From Planctomycetota bacterium (GTDB lineage: Bacteria > Planctomycetota > B15-G4 > JADJEK01), in contig JBGAIQ010000006.1 in assembly GCA_044225365.1 (NCBI GenBank), forward strand, positions 1 to 64,000: 64,000 nt of DNA, given 5' to 3'. The notes under the pieces were generated by a model, which worked only from the letters and a program-made list of their open reading frames with translations, was not told the DNA's origin and made no database searches. A program made the position numbers and the translations under genes. Below, piece after piece: positions 37,900-45,539 of this stretch (positions within the stretch are counted from its first letter, which is position 1; every line of letters begins with the position of its first letter).

Positions 37900-40119
37900 A
37901 TGAATCCAACAGATCCATTCGATCCGGCGCAACTGCTGCAACATCAGGCGATGTTGAAACGGATGGCGCGTAGTCTCGCGGGGAAGAGCGAGGATCCGGA
38001 CGATCTGGTCCAGGACGCGACACACGCCGCGCTCATCCGCCCGCCTCGGCAAGCCGGCTCACTCCGCTCCTGGTTCGCAGTGACGATCGCTCGGATCGCG
38101 AAGAACCGCCGCCGCGGGACCGCACGCCGATCGAACCGCGAAGCGATGATCGCTCGCACCCAGGAGACGACCGCGCCCGCCCCCGAGGACCTCGTCCTGC
38201 GCCTCGAAATGCAGCGCTCGATGATCGACGAACTGCTCGCCCTCGCTCCGGAACTGCGCGCGCCGCTCGTCCTGCGGTACTTCGACGAACGACCCATCGA
38301 TTCGATCGCGACGGCGCTCGGCATTCCTCGCGACACCGTCCGCGATCGCCTGCGCCGCGGACTCCTGACGCTGCGCTCGAGGCTCGGAGTCACGGATGAA
38401 GAACGTCCCGATCGTCGACGCGCTCTGTTCCTCGTCCTCGGTGAACCGATGCGTCACGCCGGAAAGGCAGCGGCCGCGAGTCTCTTGCTCGGAGGATTCT
38501 TCGTGTCGAAACCCATCGCCGGCCTCGTCGTGATGGTCGCCGCCGTCGGATCGCTCACCGTCCCGGCGTTGTTCTCCACCGTGGCACCCACCGTCGTGAA
38601 CGAGCCGTCGGCGCCAGTCGCCCTCGCTCCGCCCGCGCAATTCGGTGCGCCGAGCGAATCCCGCGAGGAACCGGTCGCTCGCGAGTCGATCGTGGAGAGT
38701 TCCCCGAGTTCGGACTGGGGCCTTGAATTGCCGCCACCCGGCGGGATCAGCCTCTCCGTGTACGATCCGCTCGAACCGGAAACGAGCATCGGATTCGAGG
38801 CTCGTTTCCTCAACGACTCCCGCTATGCGCAGAGCGATGGGCAAGGCAACTTCACGCTCGCCCTCACCGCGGGTCATTGGAAGGGCACGATCCACGCTCG
38901 CGGATTCGAGCCCTTGTTCCTTCCGGATTTCGACCTGACGGCGAATTCACAACTCGCACTCGGCAGCTTCCCGCTCGTGCGGGGCACGAGTCGCATCGAG
39001 GGCCGGGTCGACGCGCCGTTCGACACGAGCGGCAAACCGTACGTCATCGATCTGTTCTCCGATCACGTTCGCCCGTGCACGGCTTGCGAGAAGCTCGTCC
39101 GGGATGGTCATATCACTCTGGCGGACGGTCGCCATGCGCCTTGCCCGTTCTGTGGATTCTTCGACGATCGCAGACGCCGCACCGTCCGCGCAGGAGGGCT
39201 CTTCCAGTTCGAAGGTCTCGTCTCCGGTGACTACGCGCTGCGCGCGTTCGCCGCCGAGAACGATCCGCTCGGAACGCAATCGAGGGTGATCGTGAAGCCC
39301 GGCGGTTCGACCTTCGTCACGATGGAGATGCGCGGATTCTGCGACGGCGAAGTGGAGACTCTCGACGAAGAGGGATTGCCGGTCACGGGCCTGTTCGAGG
39401 AGGAGGGATCGCTCGTGAGTCGGCGAATCGACTTCGAGATCACGGCTCTGGACGGGACGGCGGTGACCGCGACCTATCGGCCGCCCGTCCCCGAACAGCG
39501 CGAGTCGAAGGAGACGGTCGTGGCGTTGGGGTCGGTGGCGTGGGAGTCGCGGATGGCGTTCGTCCAGGAGCGACGAGCCGTGCTCGAACTGAACCGCCAG
39601 GTCATCACGACCCGGTTGAAAGGGAATGTCCTGACCGGGACTCTCGGCTGGATCGGCGAGCCATCCGATCGCAACGATCGCGAGCGCACGGAAGACGACC
39701 GGCTCACGAAGTCCTGGAATCCGACCTGCCAGGGAGTCGATGCGCCGGAGGTGAAGGTGCTCGTACCCGGGAATCGATTCTCGATCGAGCGGCTTCCCGT
39801 AGGTCAGTACACGTTGGTCGTTCGTTGCGGAACGTGCGTGTCGGATCCGATACCGCTCGACCTCCGTCTCTGCCCGGCGCCTGCGGTTCGGGCCGTGCTG
39901 AAGCAGACGAAAGTCGACGGCGAGGAGACGGAAGCCGCGATCAACGCCGACCTCGAGGTCTCCCTCGGCGCCCTCCTGGACCGGGCGGGGAATCGCATCG
40001 ATGCGCTCGCGACGATTCGGGACGCCAACGCGCGGTACTCGGAAGCGAAAGCGAAAGTCCTGAACGCGCGGATCTGGGCGACACAGGAATCGACGACGAA
40101 CGCGAAGTCGTCGAAGTAG
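37900..40119 (+). CDS. ECF sigma factor fused to TM segment and extracytoplasmic carboxypeptidase-regulatory-like domains
   Basis: Sigma2 DPDDLVQD..LRSW..N; sigma4 LVLRYF..IATALG..TVRDRLRRG; TM stretch; ARGFEP, FQFEGLVSGDY, ERLPVGQY; two CxxC motifs. Confidence 0.82.
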   Translation: MNPTDPFDPAQLLQHQAMLKRMARSLAGKSEDPDDLVQDATHAALIRPPRQAGSLRSWFAVTIARIAKNRRRGTARRSNREAMIARTQETTAPAPEDLVLRLEMQRSMIDELLALAPELRAPLVLRYFDERPIDSIATALGIPRDTVRDRLRRGLLTLRSRLGVTDEERPDRRRALFLVLGEPMRHAGKAAAASLLLGGFFVSKPIAGLVVMVAAVGSLTVPALFSTVAPTVVNEPSAPVALAPPAQFGAPSESREEPVARESIVESSPSSDWGLELPPPGGISLSVYDPLEPETSIGFEARFLNDSRYAQSDGQGNFTLALTAGHWKGTIHARGFEPLFLPDFDLTANSQLALGSFPLVRGTSRIEGRVDAPFDTSGKPYVIDLFSDHVRPCTACEKLVRDGHITLADGRHAPCPFCGFFDDRRRRTVRAGGLFQFEGLVSGDYALRAFAAENDPLGTQSRVIVKPGGSTFVTMEMRGFCDGEVETLDEEGLPVTGLFEEEGSLVSRRIDFEITALDGTAVTATYRPPVPEQRESKETVVALGSVAWESRMAFVQERRAVLELNRQVITTRLKGNVLTGTLGWIGEPSDRNDRERTEDDRLTKSWNPTCQGVDAPEVKVLVPGNRFSIERLPVGQYTLVVRCGTCVSDPIPLDLRLCPAPAVRAVLKQTKVDGEETEAAINADLEVSLGALLDRAGNRIDALATIRDANARYSEAKAKVLNARIWATQESTTNAKSSK

Positions 40120-40227
40120 GCAGGCCACCGCTCGCTCCCGATCCCTCGCAGTCTCCCGCGACTTAGCTATCTTCGCCTGAACGTCTTCACCCGGCTTCGC
40201 TCCCGACGTTCAGGAATCGCATTCTCC

Positions 40228-40770
40228 ATGGCCGACATTCGTCTCGCTGCCGACGCCGACATCGCCGGGATCGCCGACATCATGCGGATCGCAGCCGAGG
40301 AGTCGATCGCGACGTTCACGATCCATCCGCACGCAGAGTCCGAATGGCGTGCGAAATGGGAGCGGTCGCGAGCGTACTTTCCCTGGCTCGTCGCGGTCGA
40401 GAACGGCGAAGTCCTCGGTTTTGCGAAGGCCGGACAGTTCCGCGACAACGATGCATACGTCTACACGGTCGAGGTCTCGGTCTATCTGCGCCCGGCCCAT
40501 CAGAAGAAGGGCCTCGGGAAGCAGCTCTACGATCGCCTCTTCGGCCTCCTCCATCTCCAGGGCTATCATCGCGTCATCGCCGTCGTGGTCACCGAGAACG
40601 AGGATTCGATCGCGTTTCACGAGAAGATGGGAATGAAACGGTCCGGATCGATCGCTCGCATCGGCTGGAAATTCGATCGCTTCCTCGGAATCACCTTTCT
40701 CGACATGGGACTGCAAGACGATCATCAGATGCCGGGTCGGATCCTGACGGTCGCCGAAGTGACCGCCTGA
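40228..40770 (+). CDS. GNAT N-acetyltransferase (Pat/YncA-like)
   Basis: SIATF, PWLVA, EVSVYL..HQKKGLGKQLY, N..SIAFHEKMG, GWKFDR. Confidence 0.88.
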   Translation: MADIRLAADADIAGIADIMRIAAEESIATFTIHPHAESEWRAKWERSRAYFPWLVAVENGEVLGFAKAGQFRDNDAYVYTVEVSVYLRPAHQKKGLGKQLYDRLFGLLHLQGYHRVIAVVVTENEDSIAFHEKMGMKRSGSIARIGWKFDRFLGITFLDMGLQDDHQMPGRILTVAEVTA

Positions 40771-40822
40771 TCGATCGCCCGAAAGGAACCGAGCCGCCGC
40801 CCTGCGCGGCTCTTCGAAGGTC

Positions 40823-41176
40823 ATGTTCAAGAAGCTCTTCACCGCACTGTTCAAGGGCCGCCCGGTCGACGTCCCGAAGACCTCCGAACTCACGGAAGGC
40901 CAGGCACGCAACGTCTCCATCGGCGACATCGCCGCCGGCGGTCAGCGCATCGTGCTGTGCCGCGTCGAGGGAAAGCTCCACGCCCTCGACTCGGTCTGCC
41001 CTCACGAGGCCGGCCGCATCGTTCCCGGCAAGCTGATCGAGGGAAAGTACGCGATCTGCCCGCTGCACAACTTCCTCTTCGACCCGAAGACGGGCGCGGT
41101 CATTCGCGGCTCGTGCCGCAAGGCCACGACCTACAAGGTCGAAGAACACGGGGATTCCGCGACGATCTACTTGTGA
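40823..41176 (+). CDS. Rieske [2Fe-2S] ferredoxin
   Basis: CPH ... CPLH ligands, FDPKTG. Confidence 0.88.
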   Translation: MFKKLFTALFKGRPVDVPKTSELTEGQARNVSIGDIAAGGQRIVLCRVEGKLHALDSVCPHEAGRIVPGKLIEGKYAICPLHNFLFDPKTGAVIRGSCRKATTYKVEEHGDSATIYL

Positions 41177-43014
41177 CCGCCCGGTTGGCGCGGGAAGCTC
41201 GATCTCGCCGCTCGTTCGATCGCGGTGAGGCTCCGTTTCATCCGTCGCGACCAGACCGGGTAACGATCCGCCGTGGCGGTCGGCACGTTGATCGGCGTCG
41301 TCTCGAGCGCCAGATCGTCGAGCGCGAGCGTGATGAGATCGCACGGACTGCGAACGAGTGAGCGATGGACCGCGTCGAGCATCGCGCGCTTCGAACTCGC
41401 GCGCGATGCGAGCACGCCTTCGCGCCGCAGCATGCGTCGCAGTGCGGCGACGTCGTACTTGCGGCCCGCTCGCCTGGTCGCGAGTTCCTGCTTGCTCGCG
41501 ATGAGCCCGAGTCTCGCTTGGATCGGCAGATCCGCGCCGTCGAGCCAGCCCGCGAACGGGACGAGATCGTGCGTCCCGATCGATGCGGCCGCGGGCTTCG
41601 GATAGTCCTTCGGGGATTCGAACTCGCCGCGTCCATCGCGGGAGAACAGGAGAACGCGCGTCGAGAGCATTCGATGCGCGGCGAGCCAGCGTGGCAATTC
41701 CTCGGGGATGGTCCCAAGATCTTCGGCGATGACGACGCAACGCGATCGTCGACTCTCCTGCGCGATCGTCTCGAAGAGTTGGCGCCGAGGCATCTTGACC
41801 ATCACTCCGTCGGTTCCTGGCGCGCCGTTCGGCACCCAGTACTGACGGATGAGTCCGATCGCATGGTCGATCCGCACGGCGCCCGCGCCGTCCATCGCTG
41901 CGGCCACGAGGCGGCGGAAGAACGCGTCGCGGCCGTTGGAGATGCGCAACGGATTGAGCGGCGGCAGTCCCCAGACCTGGCCCTGCGTGGAGTAGCCGTC
42001 CGGAGGAGCGCCGAGGCTGAAGCCGTCGACGTGATCGTCGCGCCGCATCCACACGTCCGCCGAATCGGGCGCAGCTCCGATCGCAAGGTCGGTGAGCAAT
42101 CCGAGGCGCATTCCGAGGCGCCGCGCATGCTCTCCCGCCCCGTGCCATTGCCGCGCGACCTCGAACTGCAACCAGAGATGGAAGGCGACGCGCTCGTGGT
42201 GCTCTCTCGCAAACGCCGAGACGGCGGGATGCGTCGGATCCTGGAACCGCACCGGCCAGTTGCGAAACCCAAAGCGACCCCGTGATCCGTGGAACTCGTC
42301 GAGCGCCTGGTAGATCGCGAAGCGCCGCAGGTCTTCGCCGCCGGTTCGCACGAAGTCGAGATAGTCCGCGCGGCGACGCGCATCGTGTGTACCCGCGACG
42401 AACTTTCGATGGGCTTCACGGAGGATCGTGAAGCGCTGGGAAGCGATCGCTTCGTAATCGAGGACGTCTTGACGATGGGGGCGCTGGGGGTGGCGGCGGC
42501 GGAAGCGGTCCGTCTCCGCCAACTCGGGCACCGCGTGCGGGTCGATGTAGAGCGGATTCTTGAACAGCCGACTCACCGGGTAGTACGGGCTCGCGTCGAG
42601 CTTGCGATTGCGGATCGCGTGGAGCGGATTGATTGCGATGTAGTCGAGCCCTCGACGCGACGCGAGTTCGATCAACTCGAAAAGGGCGGAGAAGTCGCCG
42701 AAGTCCGCCGACCCACTGCCCGGCGTCGCGCGCACGGAATACAGATTCGCGTAGATCCCGACTCTTCGCCCCGGAGGCGCGAAACAGCGAGCGCCCGCGG
42801 GCGATTCCTCCCGCGCCCGCGTCGCCGCGAGCCGTTTCGACTCCCGGCGCATCGCCGCTTTGGATCCCGTCTCGACGGAGAGTGCGTTCAGCACCGCGAT
42901 CAACGTCGCCCTCGAGGTCAGGCGGCGGATGCCGAGCGCATCGACGAACTCGGTCTCGACGCCACAAGCGTGCGAGAGGCGGGCGAGATCGGGTTCGATG
43001 TCGTTCTTCTTCAC
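41167..43014 (-). CDS. malQ: 4-alpha-glucanotransferase (amylomaltase, GH77)
   Basis: GDF, INPLHA, SPYYP, DLAIG, GAPPD..GQVWGLPP, RIDH, IAEDLG, THD catalytic motifs. Confidence 0.92.
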   Translation of the reverse strand: MKKNDIEPDLARLSHACGVETEFVDALGIRRLTSRATLIAVLNALSVETGSKAAMRRESKRLAATRAREESPAGARCFAPPGRRVGIYANLYSVRATPGSGSADFGDFSALFELIELASRRGLDYIAINPLHAIRNRKLDASPYYPVSRLFKNPLYIDPHAVPELAETDRFRRRHPQRPHRQDVLDYEAIASQRFTILREAHRKFVAGTHDARRRADYLDFVRTGGEDLRRFAIYQALDEFHGSRGRFGFRNWPVRFQDPTHPAVSAFAREHHERVAFHLWLQFEVARQWHGAGEHARRLGMRLGLLTDLAIGAAPDSADVWMRRDDHVDGFSLGAPPDGYSTQGQVWGLPPLNPLRISNGRDAFFRRLVAAAMDGAGAVRIDHAIGLIRQYWVPNGAPGTDGVMVKMPRRQLFETIAQESRRSRCVVIAEDLGTIPEELPRWLAAHRMLSTRVLLFSRDGRGEFESPKDYPKPAAASIGTHDLVPFAGWLDGADLPIQARLGLIASKQELATRRAGRKYDVAALRRMLRREGVLASRASSKRAMLDAVHRSLVRSPCDLITLALDDLALETTPINVPTATADRYPVWSRRMKRSLTAIERAARSSFPRQPGGHK

Positions 43015-43159
43015 GCGGCCACGATAGCGAGCGAGCGTCGGTCAGCCAGCAATGCCTCGGGCGCGGGGCAGGAACGCGCGGATCCCCTCGTTTCGTCCGA
43101 TCGAGAGAAAGCGCCGGACTGGCAGCAGTACGGATCCGCTTTCGCCCGATAAGAGACGC

Positions 43160-44449
43160 ATGACCACCTGGCCGGACTCCGCGCACGACGCGCAGCCGAC
43201 GATCGTTCCGCAACCGTCGAACTTCTCGGCGGAGCCGGGACTCTTCGACCTCACGCGGATCAAGGCGATCCTGATCGAGCCCGACCTCCCCGAAGTCCGC
43301 GAGGCGGCGTTCCAACTCGCGCGCGAAGTGTCCAATCGACTCGGCCGCTTCATTCGCTGCGCTGCCCTCGACCCCGACCCGAAGAAGACCGACGTCTTCG
43401 GCTGCATCGGGGTCAGCACCGCCACGAAGAAGATGTTCCTCGGGTCCGAGGGATACGACCTCGACATCAAGAAGGAACTCGCATTCCTCTCCGCGCCCAA
43501 CCCGACGGGACTGTTCCGAGGGATCAAGTCCCTGCTCCAGCTCGTACTGCCCGACGCCGAGGGCGGGTTCGTGTTGCCGGCCGTTCGCGCGATCGACAAG
43601 CCCTCGACCGCGTGGCGGGGCGTCCGACTCGACCTGCGCACTGCGGTGCCGCCATTCAACTGGCTCGAGCGCTTCATCGACCTCGTGGCACTCCTGCGAC
43701 TCAACACGCTGCGCCTCGTCATGCCGACCGGCGCGATCCCGGCGTACAGCGGAATGCAGATCTCGCGTCTGCTCGAACTCTCGAACGAACGCAAGATCGA
43801 GTTGCTCTGCGAGCCCGACCCGAGCGGCGGTGAGGAGACATCTCCGGTCTTCCAAGTCGTCCGCCTCAGCGTGGGCGCCAACGATGATGTCGCCCGCGCC
43901 ATCGCCGAAGAGTTGAAGCCTGACGAGGACTCAGCGCTGCCCAGCGTGAACGGGATCTGGTGGTTGAAGCCCGACGAACTTCCTCTCGCCGAGGATCGCA
44001 AATCGTTCGGGCTCGAGGCGTGGTTGCGCTGGCCCCCGGGAATCGCACCTCCGATCCTCGACCGCGCGTTCACTTCTCGACTCGCCGCCTTCGCGGAGAT
44101 GGCGTGGACCGGGCCGTTCCGCCGCACGTTCGTCGATTTCCGACATCGACTCGGCAATCTCTTCCGCGAGTTCGATCGATTGGGATTCGACTACGACGTC
44201 CCTCCACCCGGCGGCCTGCCGGATACCGTGTTCCTCGACGACGAGATCGCGATCGAGTTGGTCCCTCCGTGCCCCGGCGCGGACGTTCAGTTCACGCTCG
44301 ACGGCTCCGACCCGACGAGCGAGTCTCCGACCGCCGACAGACCCCTCTTCTTGAAGACGGAGTGCGTGGTCCGAGCGCGGACGCGCCTGCGCAACGGCAA
44401 GGTCTCGGTGCCGGTCACGATCGAAGTGCGCCGCCGGACGCACAACTGA
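43160..44449 (+). CDS. Degenerate GH20 beta-hexosaminidase-like protein with C-terminal Fn3-associated/CHB_HEX_C domain
   Basis: IVPQP, EGYDLDI, GLFRGIKSLLQL, IDKP..WRG..LD, RLAAFAEMAW, FTLDGSDPT; catalytic barrel much shortened. Confidence 0.7.
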   Translation: MTTWPDSAHDAQPTIVPQPSNFSAEPGLFDLTRIKAILIEPDLPEVREAAFQLAREVSNRLGRFIRCAALDPDPKKTDVFGCIGVSTATKKMFLGSEGYDLDIKKELAFLSAPNPTGLFRGIKSLLQLVLPDAEGGFVLPAVRAIDKPSTAWRGVRLDLRTAVPPFNWLERFIDLVALLRLNTLRLVMPTGAIPAYSGMQISRLLELSNERKIELLCEPDPSGGEETSPVFQVVRLSVGANDDVARAIAEELKPDEDSALPSVNGIWWLKPDELPLAEDRKSFGLEAWLRWPPGIAPPILDRAFTSRLAAFAEMAWTGPFRRTFVDFRHRLGNLFREFDRLGFDYDVPPPGGLPDTVFLDDEIAIELVPPCPGADVQFTLDGSDPTSESPTADRPLFLKTECVVRARTRLRNGKVSVPVTIEVRRRTHN

Positions 44450-44498
44450 CCGTCCCTGCCGAGTTCAACTCGCGCAAGGATCCGGATACGATGCGCGC

Positions 44499-45485
44499 AT
44501 GATTCTGCGCGCGATGATCGTCACCTGCGCCGTCGCCGCCGTGCTCGTCGCGGCGCCCCGCGATTCCACGATCGCGATTCCGCACGGATTCCCGAACGAC
44601 CTCGCCAGCCGACTCGAGCACGAGAGCGCCGCGGCCGATCTCGGCGCGAAACTCTTCCACGACCCGATCCTCTCCGCCGATCGCACCGTTGCCTGCGTCA
44701 ATTGCCACGACCCCGGTCGCAACTTCACTCGCAACGAAGCCCGGTCGAAGGGCGTGCGAGGGCAGGAGACCCGTCGCAACGTACCAACGATCCTGAATCG
44801 CGCACTCGGGACGAAGTTCATGTGGGACGGCCGCGCGGATTCCCTCGAGACGATGGTTTTGATGCCGATCGAGAACCCGGAGGAGATGGCACTCCCGGTC
44901 GCCGACGCCGTCGCCCGCCTCGACGCCGATCCGAAGTTGCGCGTTGCGTTCGAATCGACGTTCGGACGGCGCCCCGATCGCGAGGCGCTCGGGGCCGCGC
45001 TCGCCGCCTTCGTCCGCTCCCAATTGATCGGCGACAGTCCGGTCGACGCCTTTCACGCCGGTTCGTTCACCGCCCTCTCCGACGAAGCCCGGCAAGGCCT
45101 CTGGCTGTTCGAGAGTCGAGCGAATTGCTGGAAGTGTCATTCCGGTCCGAACTTCTCCGACGAGAGCTTCCACTCCACGGCCGTCGGCGCTGTCGACGGC
45201 AAGCCCGAGGACGGACGATTCGCGGTGACTCACGACGAGGCCGACCGCGGCCGCTTCAAGACACCCACCCTCCGAGGACTCACCCGGACCGCGCCGTACA
45301 TGCACGATGGCAGCCTCGCGACCCTCCAGGACGTCGTCGAATACTATTCGCGTGGCGGCAATCCGATCGCGGCGACGGGCGAGTTGGTCCCCAAGGATCC
45401 ACACATCGTGGCGCTCCATCTGAGTGACGCCGACAAGCGCTATCTGATCGCGTTCCTCGAAGCGCTCTCGACTCGCACGCCGTGA
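44499..45485 (+). CDS. Di-heme cytochrome c peroxidase/MauG family protein
   Basis: Signal peptide; LFHDPILS, CVNCH, RNVPT, MWDGRA, CWKCH, FKTPTLR, APYMHDGS. Confidence 0.9.
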   Translation: MILRAMIVTCAVAAVLVAAPRDSTIAIPHGFPNDLASRLEHESAAADLGAKLFHDPILSADRTVACVNCHDPGRNFTRNEARSKGVRGQETRRNVPTILNRALGTKFMWDGRADSLETMVLMPIENPEEMALPVADAVARLDADPKLRVAFESTFGRRPDREALGAALAAFVRSQLIGDSPVDAFHAGSFTALSDEARQGLWLFESRANCWKCHSGPNFSDESFHSTAVGAVDGKPEDGRFAVTHDEADRGRFKTPTLRGLTRTAPYMHDGSLATLQDVVEYYSRGGNPIAATGELVPKDPHIVALHLSDADKRYLIAFLEALSTRTP

Positions 45486-45539
45486 AGGCGCGCCTTCGAA
45501 TCAAACCGATCCACCCCATTCATGGGGGTTCGGGGAGGT

